NCBI GenBank assembly: GCA_043228905.1 | Contig: JBHGNT010000008.1 | Location: 4,216,001-4,280,000, forward strand | Reading direction: 5' to 3' | DNA length: 64,000 bases | Origin: Azolla caroliniana | Taxonomy: Eukaryota; Plantae; Polypodiophyta | Shown: positions 32,580-45,900 of the stretch, in pieces | Layout of the letters: each line of letters begins with the position of its first letter | Numbering within the stretch: the stretch's first letter is position 1 | Made by a program: the position numbers and the translations under genes | The notes under the pieces: generated by a model | Databases searched by the model: none | Told to the model about the DNA's origin: nothing | Seen by the model: the letters and a program-made list of their open reading frames with translations, nothing else

Positions 32580-33125
32580 CTACGATTTTACTTATTATTA
32601 TGCATCGGGCCGAGCGTGTTTGCACTAATCGCACACACTCAACTCATGGCCTTTTGCATATTGCGATATATATCCCACTCTCTCCTCTCTTGAACTCTTA
32701 CGATAATAATTATTCTTGTGCATTGGGTCGAGCGTGTTTGCTCTAATCGCACACGCTTATCTCATGGCCGTTTTGCATATGATGATGAGTATACCACTCT
32801 TCCCCTCTATTGAGCCATCACTTGGCCGATTCTAAGGGATGATGTGGCCTTGACGAGGTGTATGTTGCCTACCTATGCCACTCTACTCTCTATTAAGCCA
32901 TCAATTGGCCGATTCTATGGGATGTTGTGGCCTTGACAAGGTATATGTAGCTTACATATGCCACTTTCCTTTTTAATTAGCCATCAATTGGCCGATTCTA
33001 AGGGATGATGTGGCCTTGACGAGGTATATGTCACTTACCTATGCCACTTTCCTCTTTAATTAGCCATTACTTGGCCGATTCTAGGGATATGTGATGGTCT
33101 TGAGGAGGTGCATGTCAACTACCCT
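32580..33125 (+). repeat. Tandem arrays in the chromovirus leader: 118 bp x2, then 83 bp x4
   Basis: GAGCGTGTTTGC at 32612 and 32730; GGCCGATTCT at 32824, 32907, 32990, 33073. Confidence 0.9.
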
Positions 33126-34114
33126 AGGGTTTCGTATCTTAGGGCATGTTTGATTCCATACACCTAATTGTTGATTATTCTAATTAAATTTTAATTTCAT
33201 AAGTATTGTTTCACTTATATGATTTTCTAGTAATTATTATTTACCCGCCCACAATTAACTCTCCTTTTTCCACTTCCTTTTCATGTATAAAGTATTTACA
33301 TCGTTTATTTTAATGTAACCTTTACGTGTAGACTATTTTTTCGTATGGAGTGGCTTGTTGAACGATTTTTTTTTCAACGGGTCATCTAGGTTTAACTCTT
33401 ATCATCAAACCTTAGAAAACGAGTAAAACCATATGAGTTCCCTTATTGATGTTTTACTCATGGATTTGAGTATTACATCTTTGCGCACAACACCGTCATC
33501 ACTTGTATCAATTTGTGGCTTATGTCACAATTGTGCAAGTTATAACAATCATATTGGGATGTATATGTGCATACCTTGCACTTCCCATTTATTTGTGACA
33601 TTGTTTTTTTCGTAGGTAACACATGGGTTCTTTTTCTCTTTTTTTTACCCTTGTTTTCGTCACTACTTAACTCTTATGAGTAGTGCCTTATTTTATCATT
33701 TTATCATCACGTTTGCTTATTGCTCGCAAGACTAGAATATTACTTGTGAGTGCACTTGTTTTTTCACGTAATACACTTTCTCGACCATATAATACATGAT
33801 GGGTTGGCATTAATATAAGGCTATCTAGGAAATTTCATTGATGTAAGAACCATGGTTGAGCCTCGGGGAGCCGCCATGATTACTCAAGATAGAGATCCGA
33901 GAAATACATCTTAGCTATGTTTTCCCCCATGGTTTTTAAAACACCATAGTGTTACCATAGTTATCGGATCTCGAATCACATCTCATATGTCTAGAGGGGT
34001 AAAGACATGAGATACGTTCTTGGATAAAGTTCTTTCAATCAAAATTTCAAGCATTCATTTTGCTTGTGTATTTTCTGAACCTCCTTATTTTATTGCATAC
34101 CCACAACGTGCATC

Positions 34115-34608
34115 ATGGAACAAGTTTTGAACGCAGTTGGAGCGATCTCTCCAAATGAGACCTCTCAACCCCAATCCGCATCTCGCACACAAGCTGAGAT
34201 CACTATTGAGCAATTGCTCACTACTACCTTGAATCAATTGGCCGAAATGAGACAGGCCAATATGGCATTGGAAAAGAAATTCCAAGAATTAACTATTGAG
34301 TCCAAGAAAGAAGGTGAACCTTCCTTCGTAGTCACGCCTTTCAAGGGAGATAAGAAAGAAAGAACCGAGGAGGCCATTAGCACTTGGCTTGGTCGTTGGG
34401 AGTCTCACTTTGAGCTTCATCCCAAGCCCGATGCAGTAAAAATTGGTTAAGTCGGTCGTGAGTTAGGTGGCCGAGCTGCTGCTTGGTGGCGTGGCCTAAG
34501 GACCGCAAAAAACTTACCCACAACTTGGGAAGGTGTCGTTGATGTTTTTAAGAAACAATTCTTGCAGCCACCTTCTCAAACCGAACAAGCGCAACACTTG
34601 CTCACATT
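34115..34608 (+). pseudogene. Disrupted gag of the chromovirus
   Basis: ATG 34115, in-frame TAA 34448-34450, frame continues LGGRAAAWW...[14 protein letters not shown], then changes frame with the capsid C-terminal half apparently missing. Confidence 0.8.
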
Positions 34609-37600
34609 GTGTTGCGATACCATAGGACTTCCAAGAAAGACCACAATAAACCTGAGTTCGCCAAAACTCCGAATGTCAAGTTCATTGGGAAACGTAAGCA
34701 ATCCAGTGACACTCTTGACCGCGACTCAAAGAAACCGAACCTCTTCTGTGCATATTGCAAGAAGCGGGGCCACACAAAGGATACCTATCGTCGTCTTGAG
34801 AGGAAGTCAATGAACACCCCTCCTCAAGACAAATCTACGAGTCACACAGGTGAGTCTTTTGATATTGTTGAAGTTCATACCAATCACTTAAGTTTATGTG
34901 AATGCACTTTTCCTTCACATTTACTTGGACCTAATGATTTACTCCGAGCAATCGGATATATCAATGGAACACAAGCACATTTCTTGTTTGATTCCGGTAG
35001 TTCTCACAATTTTCTTAATGATCACTTTGTGCAGCAAATGGAGCTCCACATAAACGCAAGTGATCATATCTATCAAGTTCACATGGCAAATGGAAACGTT
35101 CAATACATCAGTGGCATTGTTTGTCAACTGCCAATTCAAATAGATACTTATTTGGAGAAGCTTGACTTTCATGTTATGAAATTACAATCTGCAGATGTCA
35201 TTTTAGGATATCCTTGGTTTTTTAATAAAAACCCTTCTTTGTCCATTGATTGGGTTAATCACTCAATCACATTTGAACTTAATAATTGTAAACATTTTAT
35301 TCAATGTTCCAAACTTCCTTCTCATTCACTTGTGTCTTCTAAATCTTTAAGTGAGTATTCTAGTTCATTAATTTATTCGTGTGTAATTAATCCTGCGGTT
35401 CAATTTTATTATTTTAATATTGACGCCACACAATTACCACATTTTGAGCAACGATTACTCGACTCTATTTTAGAGGATTTTCAAGATGTGTTTCCTACTG
35501 AATTACCGCTTACTTTACCACCTAAACGTAATGTGGACCATCAAATTGAACTCATCCCTGGGGCTGCTCCTGTGAGCATTCCACCTTACCGACTTAGTCG
35601 ATTAGAAGAGGATGAGATCGCTAAACAACTTAAGGAATACTTGAGTATGGGCCACATTAGGTATAGTAAATCACCTTGGGGTGCGCCAGTTCTATTAGTC
35701 AAGAAGAAGGAAGGTTCGTGGCGAATGTGTATCAATTATCGCCGTTTGAATAAAATGACAATTAAGAATGCATATCCATTACCTCGTGCCGATGATTTGA
35801 TTGATCGTTTGCACGGGGCTCGATATTTTACGAAAATTGACTTACGAACTGGTTATCATCAGATTCGCATCGCCGAGGATGATATTCCTAAAACCGCTTT
35901 TCGTACACGCTATGGCCATTATGAGTTTTTAGTCATGCCGTTTGGGTTGACTAATGCTCCAGCCACATTCCAACAAGCGATGAATGATGTTTTCCGAGAT
36001 CAACTCGGTGATTTTGTTGTCGTCTTCTTGGATGATATTTTGATATATAGCCGTACCTTGCAAGATCATGTTCAACATGTTCGATTTGTTTTGCGAAAGT
36101 TGCGTGACAACTCTTTCTATGCAAAACATTCAAAATGTGACTTCTTCCAAAAATCTATTGTGTACCTAGGTCATTTAATTACAGAAAATGGCGTTGAAAT
36201 TGAACCTTCTCGTATTGAAAAGGTTAAACTTTGGCCCATTCCTCGTAATATTCGTGAACTTAGATCATTCTTAGGGTTTGTTGGATTTTTACGAAAATCA
36301 ATTCGTAACTATTCCAAATTGACTACGCCATTAACTGACCTTTTAAAAGGTCATCCACGTAAGTCTGTCAAACCAATTTCATGGAATGAACAACTTGACA
36401 AATCATTTGAGACACTCAAGGAGCATGTGTGTCAGGCTCCCACTCTTCTATTACCAGACCCTTCTAAGCCTTTCTCAATTGAAACCGATGCTAGTGATTA
36501 TGCTATTGGTGCCGTTCTTTATCAAGGTGGTCACCCTATTGCTTTTGAAAGTAAGAAGCTTGATGCTGCTCAATCTCGGTATTCGGTTCAAGAGAAAGAG
36601 TTGTTTGCGGTGATACACGCACTTAAAACATGGAGGCACTATCTCTATGGAAATAAATTTGTGGTTACAACAGACCATCAATCATTAAAGTATTTTTGTG
36701 ACCAGCCCGATCTTGTTGGTCGTAAAGGCCGTTGGGCTGACCTTATGCAAGATTTTGATTTTTCCATACGATATCGCAAGGGTTCTATGAACACCGTTGC
36801 TGATGCTCTTAGTCGCATCAAAGAAGTTAACATGCTTAGCTTCACGGAAATAAAATCTGATCTTTTAGATCACCTTCGAGGGAAATACCTTGATGACAGT
36901 TATTTCTCAAAATACTGGACGAAAGCCGAATCTGGTTTAGATGCCGATACTAGCACCCTACCCTCGAAGGCGACCTTTCACATTACAAACGGTTTGCTCT
37001 ACCGTAGTGGAAAGGTCTGTGTTCCAGATTTACCAAATGTTAAACAGAAAATTTTTCATGAATGTCATGATGCACCATCTGCTGGTCATCCTGGAATACA
37101 ACGCACACTCGTTCTCATCTCGTGTACTTTTTTCTGGCCTAAGATGCGCTCTGACGTGCATAAATACGTAACTCAATGCTTACAATGTCAGATTAATAAG
37201 TCGGAACGACTTAAAGCTGCTGGTCTTTTACATCCCTTAGATATTCCCAACAATAAATGGGAAAGTATCTCGATGGATTTTATTGTTAGTTTACCTCGTA
37301 CACAGAGGGGTCATGATGCCATATGGGTTGTCGTTGACAGGCTAACAAAATTAGCTAGATTTATTCCTACAAAAACCACGGTAACCGCTCAACAGTTGGC
37401 TTATCAATTTGTTGATGAGTTATTTCGTTTTTATGGATTACCGATGGATATTGTTAGTGATCGAGATTCCAAGTTTACTAGTGACTTTTGGACTCAGGTC
37501 TTTAAGAAACTAGAAACTACGTTGAGCATGAGTTCCGCAGATCATCCTCAGTCTGATGGACAAACTGAACGAGTTAATCAAATTATTGAGGACATGCTTC

Positions 37601-38334
37601 GAGCTTATGTAGCAAAAACCCCTTCTAAGTGGGAGCAATACCTTCCTATCTTAGAATTTGCCTATAATAGCTCTAAACATACATCCACTAGATATAGTCC
37701 TTTTATGTTGATGTATGGTTTTCAGCCACGTGCCCCAGTTGATGTCACGATTCATCGTGATACATTAGACAGTACACGCAATTTTTTGCAAGACATGAAC
37801 CAAATGTTGCATATTGCCAAAGAAAATGTCAAGACAGCTCAAGATCGTGCTCGATTTTATGCTGATCAGGATAGACGTCCTCGTGCATTTACTATTGGTC
37901 AAAAAGTTTTTTTGCGTGTCCCGACTGATTCTACGTCATTATCTACGGGCAAGTGCGCTAAGTTAGCCCCACGATATTGTGGCCCATTTGAAATCCTTAA
38001 GCGAGTTGGGTCATCTGCTTATCACCTTGCCTTACCTCGTAACGTTGGTATTCATCCTGTTTTTCACGTCAGTCGTCTAAAACCATTTTTAGGCTCTGGT
38101 GATAACACCATCACAATCCAAGATCTTGTAACATTAGAGGATTTTTCTTACAAACCTCATGTTCCTGAACGAATTCTTGATTCTCGTACTAAACGTTTAC
38201 GTTCTAAAGAGATTCAGCTATTCAAGATCAAATGGATGGATAAACCTATTGATGATGCCACATGGGAACGCGAGCATTCGCTTAAGGCACAATTTCCTCA
38301 CTTTATATTGCAAGAGTGCAATCTTTTGAAGTAG
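34609..38334 (+). CDS. Chromovirus polyprotein: degenerate zinc knuckle, aspartic protease, RT, RNase H, integrase, chromodomain
   Basis: 1241-codon open frame (GTG start, true start is in gag): [35 protein letters not shown] zinc finger, ISMDF/SDRD/TERVN, GPF motif, ILDSR...IKW...DATWE. Confidence 0.95.
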   Translation: MLRYHRTSKKDHNKPEFAKTPNVKFIGKRKQSSDTLDRDSKKPNLFCAYCKKRGHTKDTYRRLERKSMNTPPQDKSTSHTGESFDIVEVHTNHLSLCECTFPSHLLGPNDLLRAIGYINGTQAHFLFDSGSSHNFLNDHFVQQMELHINASDHIYQVHMANGNVQYISGIVCQLPIQIDTYLEKLDFHVMKLQSADVILGYPWFFNKNPSLSIDWVNHSITFELNNCKHFIQCSKLPSHSLVSSKSLSEYSSSLIYSCVINPAVQFYYFNIDATQLPHFEQRLLDSILEDFQDVFPTELPLTLPPKRNVDHQIELIPGAAPVSIPPYRLSRLEEDEIAKQLKEYLSMGHIRYSKSPWGAPVLLVKKKEGSWRMCINYRRLNKMTIKNAYPLPRADDLIDRLHGARYFTKIDLRTGYHQIRIAEDDIPKTAFRTRYGHYEFLVMPFGLTNAPATFQQAMNDVFRDQLGDFVVVFLDDILIYSRTLQDHVQHVRFVLRKLRDNSFYAKHSKCDFFQKSIVYLGHLITENGVEIEPSRIEKVKLWPIPRNIRELRSFLGFVGFLRKSIRNYSKLTTPLTDLLKGHPRKSVKPISWNEQLDKSFETLKEHVCQAPTLLLPDPSKPFSIETDASDYAIGAVLYQGGHPIAFESKKLDAAQSRYSVQEKELFAVIHALKTWRHYLYGNKFVVTTDHQSLKYFCDQPDLVGRKGRWADLMQDFDFSIRYRKGSMNTVADALSRIKEVNMLSFTEIKSDLLDHLRGKYLDDSYFSKYWTKAESGLDADTSTLPSKATFHITNGLLYRSGKVCVPDLPNVKQKIFHECHDAPSAGHPGIQRTLVLISCTFFWPKMRSDVHKYVTQCLQCQINKSERLKAAGLLHPLDIPNNKWESISMDFIVSLPRTQRGHDAIWVVVDRLTKLARFIPTKTTVTAQQLAYQFVDELFRFYGLPMDIVSDRDSKFTSDFWTQVFKKLETTLSMSSADHPQSDGQTERVNQIIEDMLRAYVAKTPSKWEQYLPILEFAYNSSKHTSTRYSPFMLMYGFQPRAPVDVTIHRDTLDSTRNFLQDMNQMLHIAKENVKTAQDRARFYADQDRRPRAFTIGQKVFLRVPTDSTSLSTGKCAKLAPRYCGPFEILKRVGSSAYHLALPRNVGIHPVFHVSRLKPFLGSGDNTITIQDLVTLEDFSYKPHVPERILDSRTKRLRSKEIQLFKIKWMDKPIDDATWEREHSLKAQFPHFILQECNLLK

Positions 38335-38970
38335 GGGAGTATGTTATGTACACATAACGTTGGTGAGGGTAGGTCACTAATATTTACATTAGTGAAGGGT
38401 ATGTTCACTATTATTAAAAAGGGGACTAATGATTGGATAGAATGAATGATATGTGCATGCACTATCATGATTTAGACAACCAATGAATAGAGAGCCTTTT
38501 AGAAAGGCACATCTATTCAAGGGGCCTAGGAAAAGGTATAAATATGAGGCTTAGCTACCCTCATAGAGATCACGTCGGAAGGCTGCTGTCGTAGACACCG
38601 GTGGTGCGGGCTAGGCTTTCGTCTCGACGATCGTGTTTATCTCTTCCAAGGTATTAGTCATCCTAATATCCGGCGGTATGGGACGTCGGTGGTAGGTTGG
38701 CTATGTCTAGATCATAGCTCGGGGGTGATCGGGTGGAACGGGTTCTTCTATCCAATCTATTTTCTTCCTTATTACTTGATTTGGTCTATTGATTAGTAAT
38801 AGACTCTTAACAGATACCATGTAAAGAAACGAGAGAGATTTAGTGCAGCGAAAGATGACTCTGTGTGTGTGACCACGTAAGACACGTAGAGAGAGAGACA
38901 CATAGAGACAGACAGACAAACAAAGACAAAGACAAAGACAAAGAGAGATAGAGACAAAGACAAAGACACA

Positions 38971-39016
<46 letters not shown>

Positions 39017-39181
39017 AAGAAACTATATATTACTTCCAACAATGACTAAGTTACAAAGGTTGGTTTAAGTACCAACTAGGCTAGGGCAAGTGCCCTTTAA
39101 ACTATTTACAAAACTAGCCTGGTATGTCCATGAGCTAGTGTGAACCTTTTCTCTATGGGAAGTTGAGTTCGACTCTCAACA

Positions 39182-40634
39182 CGAAGTGGTGCATGATCAG
39201 AAAAGGAAAATGAAGGTATGATTCCAATGGAACCTCCTTTGTCCCGTAAAAACTTATCAGCATAAATTGGTATGTGACTCTCTTCTATCTGATCTTGAGT
39301 AAGCTAACGAATCTTGCATCCTTACAAAAGAAGACACATGCCACAAGTCCATTAAACCCAAAGAAAAAATCAAACATTCCCATTCATATAATTCTATACT
39401 AGATAATGTTTATGATGTGCCTCCTAACCTATCACACACATCCTCCAACATATTAAAGTCACCCACAATTGCCCAATGGTCAACAACCGGTAACTATGCC
39501 ATTATACTCTTCCATAATATCGTTCTATCTCTTGCATGATTCGGTGCATAGATATTTACCAAACCCTACTTCTTCAAACCTATTTGAAAAATTACATAAT
39601 GACCTCTACCACAAGTCAAGACACCATAATGTAAGAACGAAGACCACCAAATATCATTTATTGCATTGCAAAGTCCCGCTTTCAAACTATTATCACTAGT
39701 TGTAGGCACTGAGAACTGTCTCCACTGGCCTAACAACAAGTTTCCATATTTCTGCATCCTTTATTCATTTAAATGATGCTCTTGAATAAAAACGTCAATC
39801 CTACCTATCAAAGACTTCCTTAACTGACGACGGAAGACACTCCTTACTTTACAACAATGTCTACCTCCTAAGCCTCGTACATTCCATGAAATAATATTTA
39901 AGCTATCCATCATTCATGGTTTTCCCTCCTACTCTCCTTTCAACAAGTGCAACATCCCTACCCTTCCATCCATCCTCTGAGGCTCGTAATTGTCCCTTAT
40001 TTGACCAAATGTCTTTCCTAGTCAACTTATGTGCCCGCACTGGCACATGTTTATCTACTATAGAAACCGTATCGGAAGTCATAGTGGCTGTAGTAAAAGC
40101 AATTATATTCCCACAATCCATGTCAACATGTGCAAGGTCTACCTTGCCCACTTCATTTTTTTTAACCTCATTCACAACTAGGACCTATCATCTTGTTTTA
40201 ATTGATCTAAAAGCATATTTTTATCCTTATTCCATTGATTATTAACCTTAGAAACAGATTCTACAATTTGTACCTTCAAAAGTATGTATTGCGAATTTTG
40301 TTCCACCCGATGATCCTTTGTGAAGTCTGGGATGGAAAAACCCCCATCCATTTTACTAATCCCCACATCCTTTTCCACTTACTGTAAAGAATGATAAGGA
40401 TTACCTTCAACTAATAACATTGGATTAACCATCGTACTAGACGGTTTAAAAACATGTTTAGTAGAAACTGTAGACCAACCATTATTATTAACATCTGGTC
40501 GATTAGATGGTTGGGCTTCAATGTACTGACGTCGCTTCTGACAATCTCGACCTAAATGACCAAACTATCGGCACACAAAACATTGATCAGGCAAACCTTG
40601 ATAATATACCTTTTGCACAACTGGTGGTTTATTT
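39182..40634 (-). mobile_element. L1-type LINE: ORF1 3' part (zinc knuckle) and ORF2 endonuclease, degenerate
   Basis: Minus-strand QKVYYQGLPDQCFVCR*FGHLGRDC (~40540-40620); endonuclease motifs IYAPNH (~39535-39553), WAIVGDFNML (~39447-39477), FSDHAP (~39187-39204). Confidence 0.85.
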
Positions 40635-41130
40635 CATTGTTGTTAAAAAAACGCATATGTTATAGATAGAGTATGTTTTAGAATACCCATACATATTCTA
40701 AACGTATTCAACATTTTGGAACTGTCATTTTTTCTAAGGCTAAATTTGTAAATAATTAAAAAAATATTTTTCTAGGGTATTTTTTACTAGAGAAAAAGAA
40801 AATCATTGGGGGTTTTTGTAACGATTTTCTACATTTTGCAGATACTAGGTTTTTATGCAGGATATGGAAGTTGTCGACACGAAATCCGAACTCTGAAGCT
40901 TCCAACAACCTAGGTTTCTACGCAGGTATATGAACTAATATTGCTTCTTGATTATATTATATTATTATACAGGATTAACTCTCAGTGAACATAAATTCTA
41001 TTGAGGTGTTTCTTCTTGTTTAGGCCTAATACCATCACACAATCACAGAACACAATAAACTCGAGCTTTCAATTTTAGTGTTAATTGATCTTACACACAT
41101 AGAGAGCATAAAACAGAGTTTTATTTTTGG

Positions 41131-42140
41131 CCTAATTTGACCAGAATTTCATAAAATTTGAAAGCAATTTTGATCATAAATAGACTATATACATTAGATA
41201 CATTTTCAATCCTTGATCATAATTCATATTGACATGGAATAGACATCAAATCGAGCTTAATCTAGGCCTTTTAATGGCTGGTTAATTAAATCATAAAACC
41301 ATCCATTAAAAGGCCTCCCGATTTGGAGAAGAAAGAAGAGGGAGATGAGGAATGCCTCATCATTGGAGAATGTCTTCTGTGTGAGATGGAGAGGGGTAGA
41401 GCGGAGGGATGGGGAAGAGCTAAAGCTCATCTGTCGACAACAGGCAGCCATTATCTCATTCATATTGACCAGAGCTAATTTGACTAGAATTTCATAAAAT
41501 TGAAAGCAATTTTGATCATAAATAGACTATATACATTAGATACATTTTCAATCCTTGATCATGATTCATATTGACATGGAATAGACATCAAATCGAGCTT
41601 AATCTAGGCCTTTTAATGGATGGTTAATTCAATCATAACCAGCCATTAAAAGGCCTCCCAATTTGGAGAAGAAAGAAGAGGGAGATGAGGAATGCCTCAT
41701 CATTGGAGAATGTCTTCTGTGTGAGATGGAGAGGGGTAGAGCGGAGGGATGGGGAAGAGCTAAAGCTCATCTGTCGACAACAGGCAGCCATTATCTCATT
41801 CATATTGACCAGAGCTAATTTGACTAGAATTTCATAAAATTGAAAGCAATTTTGATCATAAATAGACTATATACATTAGATACATTTTCAATCCTTGATC
41901 ATGATTCATATTGACATGGAATAGACATCAAATCGAGCTTAATCTAGGCCTTTTAATGGATGGTTAATTCAATCATAACCAGCCATTAAAAGGCCTCCCA
42001 ATTTGGAGAAGAAAGAAGAGGGAGATGAGGAATGCCTCATCATTGGAGAATGTTTTCTTTGTGAGATGGAGAAGGGTAGAGCGGGGGGATGGTGAAGAGC
42101 TAAAGCTCAGCTCTCGACAACATGCAGACATTATCTCATT
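41131..42140. repeat. ~340-bp tandem triplication inside the hAT 5' region
   Basis: CTAATTTGACYAGAATTTC at 41131, 41475, 41815; units near identical. Confidence 0.92.
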
Positions 42141-42254
42141 CTTTATCTTGTGCCTTCCTTTGGCCACACAGAAAAGAAAGGAAGAGAAGAAGTGAGCATT
42201 TACGGCACATACATTATATATGCATATATACATACATATGCATACATGTATGTA

Positions 42255-42330
42255 TGTATTGTATTGTATTGTATTGTATTGTATTGTATTGTATTGTATG
42301 TACATGTATGTGTGTTTGTATTGTATTGTA
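42255..42330. repeat. (GTATT)n microsatellite
   Basis: Directly visible. Confidence 0.93.
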
Positions 42331-42907
42331 TGCATGTATGATTCGTGATGCATACAATTGTGACACTCTTTACATCTATTTCCTAATCATGATATCTCAC
42401 TAAATTGTCACTGTCACTCTTGAGATTTTGGAATTTTTCCTATTGACTTCATCAAAACACAAACGTATATGCATAATAGACTATAGTATAATGCAACATG
42501 TTACATGTATGGTTTGGGTTTATGTGTGTCTATCCCTTATTTAATACAACAATGTTGGTGGCAGATAGAGACATTGATAGCTTGTGGTGACTTATCAAAG
42601 AATAGTGTCTTCATACAAGAGCACACCGACATCACAGGTAAAAGCTCCGTGATTATGTGCTCTTTTATAACTCATTTCCAATGAATAATAATTTTTCCCT
42701 CTTGATGGGGATGGAATGCCATTTGCTTAGGCAAGTATCTTCCATTCAGATTTGCCATTTGCTTATGCCTATCATTTAAACAATTTCTTCCTGCATTGTT
42801 ACATCACATTATTTCCTTATTCACACATTTAATATTGTGGATTCATGAATTTGGGACAATATAAAATACAACTTTGAGTCTCTAGAACTTGTCATCCTCA
42901 ATCAACT

Positions 42908-45900
42908 ATGCCACGCAAAGAATCCCCCTTATGGGATAAAGATTGTTTGAACAAACAAGTTGGGAAATCATCTAGGAACTATTATTGGGATTGCAAATTA
43001 TGTGGTTTTCATGGGTCTGGGACACTAACACGTTTAGTTGCTCAACTTGTTGGAATTAAAGGTGAAAGTATAGACAAGTGTGTGCAAATAACTCTAGAGG
43101 TATATCAAGATGCTATAGCAGTAGCACAAGAAAGTGAATTGACTCGCAAGAAGCTAAAACACATTAAAGAAGTAGAAGCCATGGAAAAACAAATTGAGAT
43201 TCAAGAAGGCGTGGTGGATTCAATGTTCTAATCACAACCTTCAATGGATAGCATATGTGCCTCATCTAAGAAGGATTCAATAGACCAAATTCCTATTGAT
43301 ATTGAAGATACAAAAGGTTCAAGAAGAAAAGGTCTCACTCAAAACACGATAAGGAGAGGATCAAGTGCCGCTATGTTGATCAAGAAAGACCATGCAAACA
43401 CAAAGTTGGTTAGATGCATTGTGGAAGGTAATCTATCTTTTAATCTTTTGAAAATGTCATGTTGGAGGAACATGTTGTTAGCTTTCTCTGATATTGGGGA
43501 AAAATATTGTGGTATTACCTACAATGATTTAAGAGTTAAATATTTAAAGAAAGAGCATTTGAATGTGCAACACAAAGTGAAAAATGTGAAAGCCCTTTGG
43601 CCAAAATATGTAGTTACCATACTTTCAGATGGATGGATTGACACTAGAGCAAGCGAGCACTTGTGAATATTTTGGTCTCATGTTGTTATGGCACAATGTA
43701 CCTTAAAACTATTGATTGTAGTGGTGTTTCTACAAGGGTTGATGGTCCATGGTTGGCTGAAATGCTATCAACCACGATAAAGGAAGTAAAGGTAGAAAAT
43801 GTGGTGCAATTTGACACGGATAGTGCATCTAATTGTGTTAGGATGGGTCACATTCTAGAGATTGAATTCCCAAGCCTTGTATGGACTCCTTGTGCATCAC
43901 ATTGTTTAGATTTATTGCTAGAGGATATTGGGAAGTTGAGTTGGGTTCATCAAGTGCACAAGAGAGCAATTTGTGTGGCTAGACTATTCACCAAGAAAAG
44001 GAATGCACGAAAAAATTTCAGCAATTATTCATCTCTTGTGCTCCTTAGGCCAAGTGCCACTCGATTTGGCTACATTCTTATTGTCCTTGAGAGGCTGGCA
44101 AGAGTTTGGAGAGACCTTGAACAAACTATGGTTAGTAACTATTGGGAGGATTGGAGTGACTCCAAAAAGCTGGATGCGGTCAAGGTGAAGTCCATTGTGC
44201 AAGATAACTCTACTTTGCCTTCAATTATCATTGTAATTTTGATTACGCGTCCACTATTTTCTATTTTGCAGCTAACTGATCGTGAAGGATCTACAATGGG
44301 CTTACTTTATGAGTTCATGAGGAGGGTTAGAGACAGATTGCAACAAGGAGCGAGAGAGGACACATTAAACAAGGACAAGTAATATGTTTCTATGTACTAT
44401 GTAGTATGTACATTTGTTGTTTATTGCATCTTTTTCATTTCTTTGAATCATTTATATCAACTACGTTATGCATATTTTGGTAATTGATTTCGAGTTTTGA
44501 TTCAAATTCAAATGTTAATGCAGATATAAAGAGGTTTTGGAATGTTTTGTTTGTCGTTGGTCGTGGTTCAAAAAGCCAATTCATATTGTTGCTGTTGAGA
44601 ATCGAACTCAACTTCCCATAGATAGGTTTCACACTAGCTCATGGACATACCAAGCTAGTTTTGTAAATAGTAGAAAGGGGACTTGCCCTAGCTCAGTTGG
44701 TATTTAAACCAACCCCTTGTAACTTAGTTGTGGTTGGATGTCTTATGCTTTGATGTAATTTGGTTAATATACAGTTTTTCTATCTTTGTCTTAAGAGCTC
44801 TCTCTCTCTCACTCTATCTTAACACACACACAAACACTCACACTCATCTTCCGTTGCATTACAACCACTCTTGCCTCCTCGTTTCTTTACAGTTGCACAT
44901 ATTTTGCATCCTTTATGGAAGCCCAAAGATAAACCAATAGTTATGAATGAAGAGATGACAAATGGATGACTTGCATATATTCAAAAGGTATATTCTACAT
45001 ATGAATGTGAAATCTTGCAATATCAATTTGACATCTATAGGAATGGTGTGGGCCGATTTAGCAATGAACTATGAAAATCACACATTGCAAAATGTGAACC
45101 TGTCTCATGGTGGGAAAGATATGGGGACAATGTGCCCTTACTACAATCGTTAGCTTGTAGAATATTGTCTCAGGTATTATATTTCATTTTTTATTAATGT
45201 TTCAATTTTATTAATCTTCTACATATTACAATGTCATGTATTGTTTGCTTAATACTTTGTGTCATAGGATTGCTCTTCTAGAGCTGTTAAAAGAAATTGG
45301 AATGCACATGCATTAGCACATACAAAAAGGAGGAATTGTTTGAAGGTGAACAAGTGGAGAGATTAGTATATGTTGGAGAAAACTTAAGGCTTGTTCGAAG
45401 CTTTCAAACTCATGCGGGTCTTCCAATGCAGGTCTACATCTTTCTTATTCATGTTTGACATTTGATGTTTAGAAAACCATTTGAATTTTGTAGGTTAATT
45501 AACAAGCCTTGTTAATTGGTTGTGGTTTAAATATTACGATACCAAAATATTATTTGATTTAGGTAAATCCAGATGAGATAGACATTGACAATACTCCTGA
45601 AATGCCTCCATCAACAACCAATATTGATACTCAAGTCGCACAATCATATTTTGAGGAAGTTGAGGTTATGCATATTGGTTGGGTTACTCGAAGTAGATCT
45701 AGGTTTGCCGCCATGATAGTGGATGAAGGATTGGTGGCATCAAGTTCTAGCACTATTAGAAAAAGTCGTGGATATGTTCGTAATCATGCTTGTGCAAGAG
45801 TTGCAAGTACAAGAAGGATAATTACTCGACAAACTACAACTGAGGCTTGCAATGCTGAATTTTGGTAATGATGATGGAGATCAAGAGGATAAAGACATTG

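Larger units (their letters stand above)
31883..38812 (+). mobile_element. Full-length young Ty3/gypsy chromovirus (6.9 kb)
   Basis: LTRs 31883-32353 and 38342-38812 (471 bp, TG...CA, one mismatch found by eye), TSD GATAC, tRNA-Met PBS 32355-32366, PPT ~38327-38340, gag-pol with chromodomain. Confidence 0.97.
31800..39181 (-). mobile_element. Ty1/copia remnant (5' LTR, PBS, zinc knuckle) split by the chromovirus insertion
   Basis: LTR 38820-39181 (same family as 28077, 29350, 44593), PBS TGGTATC (38813-38819) continuing as GTATCAGAGC at 31873-31882, then CGYCGKLGHYEEEC. Left end is approximate. Confidence 0.8.

Noticed and set aside
32820-33125. Hammerhead ribozyme (retrozyme-like) in the 83-bp repeats, suggested by CTTGACGA before a stem
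   Set aside because: No exact CUGANGA core and no GAAA after the stem on the plus strand; the minus strand lacks the core and the UH cleavage site.
34540-34560. Programmed -1 frameshift between gag and pol
   Set aside because: No proper slippery heptamer, the pol frame has a stop at 34549, and the junction falls in mid-capsid; a deletion fits better.
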